DNA of 64,000 nucleotides, taken from positions 64,001 to 128,000 of IMG/VR virus record IMGVR_UViG_3300043642_000037. One strand, given 5' to 3'. A program made the position numbers and the translations under genes. The notes beneath the pieces were generated by a model. It was not told the origin of the DNA. It saw only the letters and a list, made by a program, of their open reading frames with translations, and made no database searches. This document shows positions 50,272-59,312 of the stretch, one piece after another. The stretch's first letter is position 1, and every line of letters begins with the position of its first letter. This DNA comes from a virus. Lineage: Duplodnaviria; Caudoviricetes.

Positions 50272-51655
50272 CGTATCAGAGTTCGTCGTTCACCTGCTGA
50301 AGAAGCGGGGGTTCTACGGGCGCCTTGCCGGCTCGCTGAGCCGCGTGTCTCGCCCGGGCCTCGGCGCGCTCGCGGTCGGGGTCCGCGGCGGGCGGCTCTC
50401 GCTGTTCTACGACCCCGAGTACGTCGAGGCGATCGACATGGCCGCCGCGATGTACATGATCGAGCACGAGCTGTTGCACCTGGCGCTGGACCACGTGCCC
50501 CGGTACATCGAGCTGCTGTCCCGGTACACGGACGACGATCGGGACAAGGCCGACTTCGTCATGGGGATCGCGGCCGACCTGGCCGTGAACTCGCTCCTGC
50601 GGAACAACCCCAACCGAGGAGCCGCGATCGCGTTCCAGAGGAAGTGGATCCTCGACCATCTCGAGCCCGGGCAGGTCATGGACGGCAAGGAGGGCCTCCA
50701 CATGCCCGAGCACTTCGGCATGCCCAACGACCTGTCCTTCGAGGACTACGTCGAGCGGCTGATGAAGATGGTCGACATCGTCAAGATTCCGCTCACCGAT
50801 CACAGCCTGTGGGACGGCGATCCGACGGAGAGCGAGGACGGGGACGATAAGGGCCCGGGCAAGGACGGGGACGAGACGGGCAAGGGTCGGTTATCCGAGT
50901 CGAGGGTGGGCCTGGCTCACCATCTTCGCGACCAGATCAAGCCGCTGCTCCGCCAGGCGCTCGCGGCGGACGGGGGCAAGAATCGCGGCCTGCTGCCGGG
51001 GTCGGTCGAGGAGTTCCTGATCAGCTACCTGGCCGAGCCCGTTGTGCCGTGGTGGGAGGTGTTCGCGTCGCGCGCCAAGGCCACGAAGCTCGCCAAGGCT
51101 CGCAGGTCGGTGTCGGTGCCCAACCGAGCCCTTCTGGCGCTTTCGGAGCAGGACGACGCGATCATCGCGTCCCCGGGGCGCACGAAGGACCGGAGCTGGA
51201 AGGTCGTGTTCGCGCGGGACACCTCGGGATCGGTGCCGTCGGAGGAGGCCCGGATCGCGATCAACGAGCTGCACCACATGCTGAGGGTGGACGAGGCCAT
51301 GGAGATTCGCTCGATCGACTTCGACGCGGCCGTGCATCGAGACCTCCTGCTGAGGCCAGGCGACAAGATTCCGACCAACATCATGGGGCGAGGCGGCACG
51401 GACTTCGACGCGCCGTTCGAGCACCTGCTGCAGTACTACGGCAACGAGTCCACCGAGCCCGACATCATCATCGTTCACACCGACGGGTACGCCCCGCCGG
51501 TGTCCGAGGAGAATCGACCCCCATCCCACATCCCCGTCATCTGGCTGGTGACCCCACAGCACGCGTCGAACTTCGACGGCCTGGGGGAGACCATCGTGTG
51601 CGATCCCGCGCACCGAAGCCTTCATCCCGAGCCCGAGATCTTCAGCGACAACTGA
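50261..51655 (+). CDS. DUF2201-type HExxH metallopeptidase-like plus vWA domain protein (MoxR partner)
   Basis: 'HELLH', MIDAS 'DTSGS', 'GRGGTDF', 'HTDG'; ATG 50261 with AGGA. Confidence 0.85.
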   Translation: MKLNVSEFVVHLLKKRGFYGRLAGSLSRVSRPGLGALAVGVRGGRLSLFYDPEYVEAIDMAAAMYMIEHELLHLALDHVPRYIELLSRYTDDDRDKADFVMGIAADLAVNSLLRNNPNRGAAIAFQRKWILDHLEPGQVMDGKEGLHMPEHFGMPNDLSFEDYVERLMKMVDIVKIPLTDHSLWDGDPTESEDGDDKGPGKDGDETGKGRLSESRVGLAHHLRDQIKPLLRQALAADGGKNRGLLPGSVEEFLISYLAEPVVPWWEVFASRAKATKLAKARRSVSVPNRALLALSEQDDAIIASPGRTKDRSWKVVFARDTSGSVPSEEARIAINELHHMLRVDEAMEIRSIDFDAAVHRDLLLRPGDKIPTNIMGRGGTDFDAPFEHLLQYYGNESTEPDIIIVHTDGYAPPVSEENRPPSHIPVIWLVTPQHASNFDGLGETIVCDPAHRSLHPEPEIFSDN

Positions 51656-51674
51656 CGTTACGAGGAGACCGTCG

Positions 51675-51845
51675 ATGATTGGACCTGACTCTGATTCCCG
51701 CGACGTATCAATCGCGTTTCTGATGTGGGAGCTAGTGAAGGCTCAGCGTGAGATCCGTGAGTTGAGGACCGACGTCAAGGACTACAAATCGGACAACGCC
51801 AGGATCGCCGCGCAGTGGGATCGGCTCCGCAAACAACACCCCTGA
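51675..51845 (+). CDS. small coiled-coil protein (56 aa)
   Basis: GAGGAG RBS; manual translation MIGPDSDSRDVSIAFLMWELVK... Confidence 0.45.
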   Translation: MIGPDSDSRDVSIAFLMWELVKAQREIRELRTDVKDYKSDNARIAAQWDRLRKQHP

Positions 51846-51873
51846 CAAGCCAACACTAAACCCAGGAAACTTC

Positions 51874-53067
51874 ATGTACCACCACGACAAGCGCGCGTAC
51901 GGCGTCGCCCTCAAGGACGCCGAGGCGCATCTCCAGCAGCAGATCGCTCTCAAGTCGGCGTCCGCTGTAAACGTCATCACTCGAGTTCGCGACACGGTGC
52001 TCGTTGACCGAGTCGTCCCGACCAAGAAGGTCCAGTTCTCGTTCCGCACCGACGTGGTCAAGGCGAAGACGAAGACCGAGACCGACGGCGACCGCAAGGT
52101 TCACCGCGTGATCATGGGCACGAAGGGTCGCGGCGAGAGCGCGTTCTCCGCGCCGCTGCACAAGCACGCTCTCGAGCAGGCCGCGTCCCGCGTGGACATC
52201 CCCGTCACGTTCGTCAACCGGTTCCTCGGCGAGGAGTACGGCGGCGAGTTGATCACGGACGCCCTCAACACCGTGTACAAACACCGGGGCGAGGAGAAGT
52301 TCTTGGTTCGGTCCAGCGACGAGGAGATCCGCGGCGTCCTGTCGGACACGTACCGGCGCATGGACAGCGGCCCCATCCTCGACGCGTTCGCCAGGACGTG
52401 CAACGACATCGGCGCAGTGCCCATCGAGGGCATTGGCGGCGAGCTTCGCTTCAGCGTCAAGGCGCTGATCCCCAAGACCTACGTGATCGGCAAGCAGCAG
52501 GGCAACGAGGAGATCTTCGCCTTCGGCGTGTCCCTCAGCAACAGCGACTTCGGCTGCGGCGCGCTGTCGTTGCAGTTCTTCCTGTGGCGGATCTGGTGCA
52601 GCAACACCGCGACGCGGGAGGACAGCCTGCGCAAGGTTCACCTCGGAAAGAGGCTTGCGGAGAACATCGAGTACGCCCAGGAGACGTACGCCGCGGACAC
52701 CAACGCGATGGCGCTGATGGTGCGCGACCACGTCCGCGGGATCCTGTCGCCCCCGAAGATCGACGAGGCGGTCGCGACGCTCGAGGTCGCGATGGAGACC
52801 TCGGTCGACCCGAAGAAGTTCTTCGACAAGGATGGAGAGCTTGCGAAGCTCAAGCTGACCCGCGCGGAGATCGACGCGACTCGCGAGACCTTCAACAACG
52901 GCGACGTCACGGTCCTGCCGCGCGGAACGAGCGTCGCCCGCATGTCGCAGGCCGTGGCGTGGATGGCCCAGTCAGCAACGCCCGAGCGGCGGCTGGAGCT
53001 GGAGCGCGTGGCCGGGGCCATCATGGAGCCCAAGACGACCAAGCCCGAGCCGGCGGCCGCGGCATGA
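51874..53067 (+). CDS. DUF932-family protein
   Basis: 'IRGVLSDTYRRMD', 'GVSLSNSDFG.GAL', 'RIWCSN', 'RKVHLG'. Confidence 0.75.
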   Translation: MYHHDKRAYGVALKDAEAHLQQQIALKSASAVNVITRVRDTVLVDRVVPTKKVQFSFRTDVVKAKTKTETDGDRKVHRVIMGTKGRGESAFSAPLHKHALEQAASRVDIPVTFVNRFLGEEYGGELITDALNTVYKHRGEEKFLVRSSDEEIRGVLSDTYRRMDSGPILDAFARTCNDIGAVPIEGIGGELRFSVKALIPKTYVIGKQQGNEEIFAFGVSLSNSDFGCGALSLQFFLWRIWCSNTATREDSLRKVHLGKRLAENIEYAQETYAADTNAMALMVRDHVRGILSPPKIDEAVATLEVAMETSVDPKKFFDKDGELAKLKLTRAEIDATRETFNNGDVTVLPRGTSVARMSQAVAWMAQSATPERRLELERVAGAIMEPKTTKPEPAAAA

Positions 53068-53150
53068 CCATAACAATCTGGGCCGCGATTGCTTTTGGTT
53101 GTTCAGTCGTACTCGTCTTAATAACCAAAGCTTATCGCCTGAAGGATTAG
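53064..53150 (+). CDS. 28-aa single-TM peptide
   Basis: ATGA coupling; MTITIWAAIAFGCSVVLVLITKAYRLKD; AT-rich. Confidence 0.35.
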   Translation: MTITIWAAIAFGCSVVLVLITKAYRLKD

Positions 53151-53155
53151 GTACC

Positions 53156-53392
53156 GTGCACCCCAAACATCGCACCGTAACAATCGAGGGCGATGGCCGG
53201 CTCGTCGTCGTCGATCCACTGCGCGTCGATCTTATCCGCGAGGGCCTGACGGCGCTGGGATGGTTCATCCTGAATCGATCTCCGCTCGCGTTCCTTCGAC
53301 CCCGAGAGCGCACGCTGTTCTGCAGCGTGCCGCTGACGAGGCACCTGCCCGATGCGCTTCTACTAACCGAGGTCCTGGGACAGCTGCCGTAA
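53156..53392 (+). CDS. hypothetical protein (78 aa)
   Basis: AAGGA RBS, GTG start. Confidence 0.5.
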   Translation: MHPKHRTVTIEGDGRLVVVDPLRVDLIREGLTALGWFILNRSPLAFLRPRERTLFCSVPLTRHLPDALLLTEVLGQLP

Positions 53393-53448
53393 ACGGTGGT
53401 ACGTATGAAGCCTGAGGTCACCACAGCCTAGTCGTCTATGCTAGGTTA

Positions 53449-53524
53449 ACCTTGCCACGGGGGAGCGTCTTTCGCGGGGCTTCTTCGGAGGCAGAACGGT
53501 CTGACAACCGTTCGGCCTTTTTTT
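53449..53524 (+). ncRNA. candidate small structured RNA
   Basis: TATGCT -10 at 53437-53442; long G.U-containing stem (53452-53466 with 53479-53494); terminator follows. Confidence 0.35.
53494..53524 (+). terminator. intrinsic terminator between convergent transcription units
   Basis: GAACGGT-CTGACA-ACCGTTC-GGCC-T7. Confidence 0.7.
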
Positions 53525-53528
53525 GGCC

Positions 53529-54518
53529 TCAAGGCTCGGTGTCGTCGACGAACGGGATCGAGTGCTTGTCGAAGTCCGGACACACGGCGAGCACGGCCGA
53601 CAGCGCCGCGGTCTCGATCGCGATCGCGGTCGTCAGCGCCTGCGATTTCGAGATCTGGTCGATCGTGGTCGTGGTGATCGCGGCGGACGCGGTGACCGCC
53701 TCGCCCTGCCGAGCGCTCTGGTAGGTGGTGACCAGGGCGAGCAGCGTGCCGGCGTCCGCGCCGAACGCGACGGCACTCGCGCCCTGCGACGCGGCGAGCG
53801 TCAGCGCGGCCTGGAACGCCGCGATTCCGGTGCCCGAGGGGTTCGCGCCGGCGAACGTCGTTCCCGCCGCCTGCAGCGTCGAAAGGAATCCCGTGACCTG
53901 CGACATCTCGGTCTGGTTGATGACCGCGCCCGACGCGATCGGCGCGATCCCGGTGACGAGGCCCTGCTTGTACGTCGAGTCCGCCTGCGCCGCGGCGAGC
54001 GCGGTGTCCGCGGCGGTCTTCGCGAGCTGCTTCTGATAGCGATCCTGCTTGGCCACCTTGTACGCGTTGATCAGCGTCGTTCGCGGCGAGGTGTCGGCCG
54101 TCGGAAACGTGTAGACCGCGGGCGTCGGGCTGGGCGCGTTGAACCGCGTGCGAAACGCCTGCCAGTCAACGACCAGCTTGTTGACGCGGTCGCGAAACGC
54201 CTGCGCCGCGTCCAGCCCCGTCTCCAGCGTGTCGTACGAGGCGATCCATGAGGATGACAGAAACTGAATGCCATCGGGGCCCGGTGCCGCGATGCCCACG
54301 TCCCTTCCGATGGGCACGCGGGTCAGGTCGGCCAGGGTGGCCACGCGCGCCAGGGTGTCCTGCTTGGGGTCCAAGACGTCGACGACGTTCACCAGGAACA
54401 CGCTGAGGTGGGGAAGCTCGGCCGGGATCGCGGCCGCCTTCATCTCGTTCTCGATTACGAACGCCTGGTCCCCGCCGGCGATCAGCTCGACGTGCCGCGT
54501 CTGGTCGAACGTCGCCAT
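53529..54518 (-). CDS. Ala/Thr-rich helical protein, possibly virion
   Basis: TGATG-coupled; long heptad-like C-terminal half. Confidence 0.6.
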   Translation of the reverse strand: MATFDQTRHVELIAGGDQAFVIENEMKAAAIPAELPHLSVFLVNVVDVLDPKQDTLARVATLADLTRVPIGRDVGIAAPGPDGIQFLSSSWIASYDTLETGLDAAQAFRDRVNKLVVDWQAFRTRFNAPSPTPAVYTFPTADTSPRTTLINAYKVAKQDRYQKQLAKTAADTALAAAQADSTYKQGLVTGIAPIASGAVINQTEMSQVTGFLSTLQAAGTTFAGANPSGTGIAAFQAALTLAASQGASAVAFGADAGTLLALVTTYQSARQGEAVTASAAITTTTIDQISKSQALTTAIAIETAALSAVLAVCPDFDKHSIPFVDDTEP

Positions 54519-54901
54519 CAGCCGACCTCGATGTCGACGGTCTTGTCGATCACCGCGGCGGCGCCCCGCTGCGACACCTCTCGCGCCAGCCCGCGCAGGC
54601 GCGCCTCGGTCATCGCAAGATCATCTTGCATCAGACCCAAGGTCGGCCACTTTCGAGTAAGGCTGTCCTGCCGATAGAAGGGCAGGCGCTCCACGACCGC
54701 CAGTTCCAGCGACGTCGGAACGGTGGCCAGGTCCGCGGGCGTGGCGTAATGGTCGAACCCCTTGGTGTCGGTTCGGTAGACGAACACCTCACGTTCGATG
54801 CCGCGAGCGGCCTCGACGACGTTGGTGGCCTGGTACGACGCCCCGTTGTCGTTCTGCGTCACCGAGGTCGTCTGATGAAGCGTTAGGGACACGGCCGACA
54901 T
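54518..54901 (-). CDS. hypothetical protein (127 aa)
   Basis: GGAGG RBS before ATG 54901; GCTACTAT -10-like box at 54953-54960. Confidence 0.6.
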   Translation of the reverse strand: MSAVSLTLHQTTSVTQNDNGASYQATNVVEAARGIEREVFVYRTDTKGFDHYATPADLATVPTSLELAVVERLPFYRQDSLTRKWPTLGLMQDDLAMTEARLRGLAREVSQRGAAAVIDKTVDIEVG

Positions 54902-54981
54902 GGTCCTCCAATCAAACAAAACGTTCGATTCAATTGCGTCGATCTCCGAGCGATAGTAGCGTGGGAATCCGTCACGGCGCC

Positions 54982-55548
54982 ATGCCATCGTACCTCGGGA
55001 TCGACGCCTCGCTGGAAGGAACCGGGCTCTGCCTGGTGTCCGCCGTCGGGCTCGTCCTGCGGTCCGAGACGGTGCTCCCTTGCGGACTTCGGGACATGGC
55101 GCGCCTCGCCATGATCAAAGCGGCCACGACCACGTTCGTGGATGGTCTGGATGTCGCCTACACCGCGATCGAAGGCTACGCCTTTGGTGCGGTCAACCAG
55201 GCGTTCTCCTTGGGCGAGGTCGGCGGAGTGCTCCGCCTGCTGGTGCACGAGCTGGGCATCCCCCGCGTCGACGTGCCGCCGGTCAACCTGAAGAAGTGGG
55301 CCACGGGACGCGTCGAGGCCGACAAGGGCGAGATGATCGCCGCGGCGATCGCCGACGGCGCGTGTCCCGGCGACCACAACCAGGCAGACGCCTACTTCCT
55401 GGCTCAGATCGCACTCGCGCTGTCCGACGACAGCCCCGAGACCCGGCCTCGACAGAGGTCCAAGCTCGAGGTTCTCCGCAGCATCACAAGCCCGCCACGG
55501 AAGAAGACGAGGGCTCGTCCTCGTCGCCTCGTGAAAAACCCCGTCTGA
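54982..55548 (+). CDS. ruvC: RuvC-like Holliday junction resolvase
   Basis: 'LGIDAS..TG', 'IEGY', 'LGEVGG', 'LKKWATG..ADK', 'NQADA'. Confidence 0.85.
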   Translation: MPSYLGIDASLEGTGLCLVSAVGLVLRSETVLPCGLRDMARLAMIKAATTTFVDGLDVAYTAIEGYAFGAVNQAFSLGEVGGVLRLLVHELGIPRVDVPPVNLKKWATGRVEADKGEMIAAAIADGACPGDHNQADAYFLAQIALALSDDSPETRPRQRSKLEVLRSITSPPRKKTRARPRRLVKNPV

Positions 55549-55562
55549 AGGAGACCGAGCCG

Positions 55563-58500
55563 ATGGAAGAACTCGCCCTGTTCACCTCACCACCCACGGT
55601 GCGAAAGCGCGATGGCGTAACGACGCAAGCGTTCGACGTCTCTAAAATAATGGTTGCGATACGAAAGGCGTGGGTCGAGGTCGAAGGGGGCGAGCCGAAG
55701 CCAGCGGTGCTGCGCGGCGTGGCATTCAAGGTCGCGCGAGTGCTGGGCGACGAGGAGGTCGAGGTCGAGCGCATCCAGGACGCAGTCGAGACCGCCCTGA
55801 TGTCGACGGGATGCTTCGCGGTCGCCAAGGCGTACATCCTGTACCGGCAGAAGCGCGCCGAGGCTCGCCGGGCTCGGCGGGCTCTGGACCCGAGCGCGAT
55901 CGCCAACTACATCCACGCAAGCAAGTACGCCCGGTATCAGCCGTCCCTGCTTCGTCGCGAGGTCTACGAGGAGACCGTGGCCCGAGTCGAGGCGATGCAC
56001 CTGCGGAGGTACGGGGGCATCCCGGGCATGCGCGAGGAGATCGCGTGGGCGTTCGGCCTGGTCCGCGACAAGCGCGTCCTGCCGTCGATGCGCTCGATGC
56101 AATTCGGCGGCGCGGCGATCGAAACCACCCACAACAGGATGTACAACTGCTCGTTCACGCTCGTCGACAGGACGCGGGCGTTCGCCGAGGCGATGTTCCT
56201 GCTGCTGTCTGGCTGCGGTGTGGGCTACTCAGTCCAGTTTGAGCACGTTGGCAAACTTCCTCGGATCGGCTACGTCGACGAGAAGCGCGTCGTGCACCAC
56301 GTCGTCGCGGACACGATCGAGGGGTGGGCCGACGCCATGGACGCACTGGTCGCGAGCTACGTCGAGGGCACGCACGTCGAGTTCTCGTACCATCTTATCC
56401 GACCTGCGGGGTCTCCGCTGAAGACGTCGGGTGGTCGCGCGCCCGGGCACATCAAGCTCAAGGCCGCGCTCGAATCGATCCGTCACGTGCTTCACGGAGC
56501 GCAGGGCCGGAAGCTCCGCCCGATCGAGTGCCATCGCATCCTGTGCCACGCGGCCGGCGCGGTGCTGTCCGGCGGGATTCGACGATGCTTGCCTGCAGGC
56601 ACCCTCGTGCACCTGTCGCGAGGTCTTGTTCCAATCGAGAATGTACGTGTCGGTGATGTTGCTCGCACAGGAACTGGCTGGTCCCGTGTAACTGACACGA
56701 TCACGCAAGGCAAGCAGCCGCTCGTACGTATCACGACACAGATGGGACTCTTTGAGTGCACGGCCAACCATCGGGTAGCCGTGCTGGTCTCAACCGGTGC
56801 GTACGCGTGGAAAACAGCAGGCACACTGGAGCAAGGAGATAGACTTGTATTCGTCGAGCATGTCGTGGAAGGTTCAACCACGGAACTACCACTATGGCAC
56901 TACGAGCGCTTGGAAAGCGACCATACGAGCGTGAACATTCAAGTTCCCAACCTGGACAACGATGTTGCATGGTTATTGGGCTACCTACATGGCAATGGCT
57001 ATGTACACGTGAATCGAACGTCCAAAGACGGTGGATCCAACGTTGTTTCGTTCTCGATGAACGACTCTGACGCGGAAACCGCAGCCCGCGTGCATCGGCT
57101 GAGATCAACGCTGGCTCGGTTCGGTGTCAGTGTGCGCGATGCTAAATTAGAGGGCGAGAATACACGAAGAGTATCAGCAGCAAGCAAACAGCTCGCGCTC
57201 TATTTCGAATACTTCAAACGACCTAGTCAGCATCTGCAGGTTCCCACCTGCATTCTGGAAGGTAAACCAGCTCTGCGGGCAGCTTATCTTGCAGGGTTAT
57301 TTGACGCAGATGGCGCCGCAGGTAATCGTCCGATTCTACTCGTCGCGTCCGTGTATCCTCGCTTCTTGGCGCAAGTCCAAGCAGTCTACGCCAGCCTCGG
57401 AATCGTGACACGTCTCAAGCTAAATCGCCCAGAAGACGGACAATGGCAAGCTTTGTGGCATTTGGTGCTCGTCGGAGAGCTGCCCCGCTCCGTATTCGAC
57501 GCCCGGGTCGCACCTCATGCATTGAAGCGAGCTACTGAACGCGTAGGCTCTCAGTTCGACTACGGTTACCCGCGCGCATTCATATTGTCTGAGAATGTCA
57601 ACTACGATAAGCGCTGGAGCCCGACAAGCCAGCAAATGACTGCAGGCACATTCGAGCGGTGCGGCGGTGACCGACGCGGACTCCTGCCTGTCGCTGTCAT
57701 CGGAGTCGAGGTTAACGTCCGTGAGGACGAAACCTTCGACCTCTCAATCGAAGACAACCATGAATTCGTAGTCAATGGTCTTCTCGTCCACAACAGCGCC
57801 ATGATCTCGCTATTCTCTTCCGACGACGGTGAGATGATGGTGTGCAAGACCGGCGACTGGTGGAAGGAGAATCGCGAACCGTACTTCGCCTACGCCAACA
57901 ACTCGGTTGCGCTGCTGCGCCACGAGACGAAGGAGGCGCAGTTCAAGCGCGTGTTCGAGATGATCCGCGAGTTCGGCGAGCCGGGCTTCGTGTTCCTCGA
58001 GCAGAGCCACTACGGGACAAACCCGTGCGCCGAGATTGGCCTCGACCCGGTGCTCGAAATCGACGTGTCTCTCCTGGACAAACGTCTGGCAAAGGACGAC
58101 GCGTTCGATGGTCGAGAAACGATGCAGTACGTCGCGGACAAGGGACGCGGAACCAAGGTCACAGGCTGGGCATTCTGCAACCTCTGCGAGATCAACGCTG
58201 CGAAGCTAACCTCGTTCGAAGACTTCGTCGAGGCTGCCCGTGCGGCAACACTTATCGGCACGCTGCAGGCGGGCTACACCAGCTTCCCGTACCTGGGTTT
58301 TGCCAGTGAGCTGATCGCGAGGCGAGACGCGCTGCTCGGCATCGGCATGACGGGCATGCTCGACGCGCCTCACATCTCGTGCAACCCCGAGTACCAGCGC
58401 GCGATCGCCGGGCGGATCAAGGAGTGGAACGCCGACTACGCGGCCCAGATCGGCATCAACCCGGCGGCGCGCACGACGTGCGTCAAGCCCAGCGGCACGA

Positions 58501-59090
58501 CGTCTCTCGAGCTGGGGAGCGTCGGCAGCGGCCATCACGCGCATCACGCCCGACGCTACGTCCGCCGCGTGACCGCCGACGAGTACGAGACGGTGTTCCA
58601 GGCCTTCAAGGCCGCGAACCCGCACATGTGCGTGCGCAAGCCCGACGGCAAGTACGTGATCGAGTTCCCGGTCCAGGCGCCCGACGGCGCGATCATCAAG
58701 AAGGACATCGGCGCGATCGAGTTCCTCGAGATGGTGCGCTCGACGCAGCAGAACTGGGTGCTTCCCGGGACCGACGACTCCGGCAGATCCCCGGGCCTAA
58801 ACCACAACGTCAGCAACACGGTCAACGTCGCGCCTCACGAGTGGGACCAGGTCGCCGACTACCTGTGGACCCACCGCGACAGCTTCACGGGCGTCTCGCT
58901 GCTCCCCGAGGACCCGGTCCTGCCGTTCATGCCGTTTGAGGACGCGACCACAGGGGACTCGGAGCGCCGATGGAATGAGCTGGTCGCGAAGTACCAACCG
59001 CTGGATTACGCTTCGATCGTCGAGACCGAGGACGGGACGGACCTCGCGGGCGAAGTTGCATGTCAGGGCGGTTCTTGCTCGATTGTGTGA
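55563..59090 (+). CDS. nrdJ: class II (B12-dependent) ribonucleotide reductase with ATP-cone, intein-containing
   Basis: ATP-cone 'VRKRDG..FD..KI'; 'YNCSF', 'GCGVG', 'GGIRR|SA', 'TNPCAEI', 'FCNL', 'KPSGT', C-terminal 'ACQGGSC'; AAGGAG RBS. Confidence 0.92.
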   Translation: MEELALFTSPPTVRKRDGVTTQAFDVSKIMVAIRKAWVEVEGGEPKPAVLRGVAFKVARVLGDEEVEVERIQDAVETALMSTGCFAVAKAYILYRQKRAEARRARRALDPSAIANYIHASKYARYQPSLLRREVYEETVARVEAMHLRRYGGIPGMREEIAWAFGLVRDKRVLPSMRSMQFGGAAIETTHNRMYNCSFTLVDRTRAFAEAMFLLLSGCGVGYSVQFEHVGKLPRIGYVDEKRVVHHVVADTIEGWADAMDALVASYVEGTHVEFSYHLIRPAGSPLKTSGGRAPGHIKLKAALESIRHVLHGAQGRKLRPIECHRILCHAAGAVLSGGIRRCLPAGTLVHLSRGLVPIENVRVGDVARTGTGWSRVTDTITQGKQPLVRITTQMGLFECTANHRVAVLVSTGAYAWKTAGTLEQGDRLVFVEHVVEGSTTELPLWHYERLESDHTSVNIQVPNLDNDVAWLLGYLHGNGYVHVNRTSKDGGSNVVSFSMNDSDAETAARVHRLRSTLARFGVSVRDAKLEGENTRRVSAASKQLALYFEYFKRPSQHLQVPTCILEGKPALRAAYLAGLFDADGAAGNRPILLVASVYPRFLAQVQAVYASLGIVTRLKLNRPEDGQWQALWHLVLVGELPRSVFDARVAPHALKRATERVGSQFDYGYPRAFILSENVNYDKRWSPTSQQMTAGTFERCGGDRRGLLPVAVIGVEVNVREDETFDLSIEDNHEFVVNGLLVHNSAMISLFSSDDGEMMVCKTGDWWKENREPYFAYANNSVALLRHETKEAQFKRVFEMIREFGEPGFVFLEQSHYGTNPCAEIGLDPVLEIDVSLLDKRLAKDDAFDGRETMQYVADKGRGTKVTGWAFCNLCEINAAKLTSFEDFVEAARAATLIGTLQAGYTSFPYLGFASELIARRDALLGIGMTGMLDAPHISCNPEYQRAIAGRIKEWNADYAAQIGINPAARTTCVKPSGTTSLELGSVGSGHHAHHARRYVRRVTADEYETVFQAFKAANPHMCVRKPDGKYVIEFPVQAPDGAIIKKDIGAIEFLEMVRSTQQNWVLPGTDDSGRSPGLNHNVSNTVNVAPHEWDQVADYLWTHRDSFTGVSLLPEDPVLPFMPFEDATTGDSERRWNELVAKYQPLDYASIVETEDGTDLAGEVACQGGSCSIV
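56586..57794 (+). mobile_element. intein with LAGLIDADG homing endonuclease (403 aa) in NrdJ
   Basis: Starts CLPAGTLV, ends TFDLSIEDNHEFVVNGLLVHN, +1 Ser; 'LLGYLHGNG' and 'LAGLFDADG'; lower GC. Confidence 0.94.
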
Positions 59091-59102
59091 TAAACATTGA
59101 GC

Positions 59103-59312
59103 ATGCAAACATGCAGCAACTGTAACGATTCGTTCGATGACTCCAAAGACGGTCTCGTCGTCACTGGCAAAGGCAAGCACGTGGCCGCCATCTGCGGCGC
59201 GTGCTGCGCCGACGTTCGCGTGGGAAAGATCGTGGTCCGCCGTCCGGACCACGGAGGCTATGTCTACGATCAGTGGTTACCCACCGAAGTGATGGGTGGA
59301 GCGGCGGGCTAA
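59103..59312 (+). CDS. small Zn-finger protein
   Basis: CSNC...CGAC. Confidence 0.55.
   Translation: MQTCSNCNDSFDDSKDGLVVTGKGKHVAAICGACCADVRVGKIVVRRPDHGGYVYDQWLPTEVMGGAAG

Noticed and set aside
53449-53524. Possible tRNA
   Set aside because: No cloverleaf, canonical T-loop or CCA; kept only as an sRNA candidate.
55080-55562. N-terminal extensions given by the ORF track (NrdJ; likewise portal, vWA, primase, beta'-C)
   Set aside because: They overlap neighbouring genes; downstream starts have an RBS or translational coupling and coincide with domain starts.
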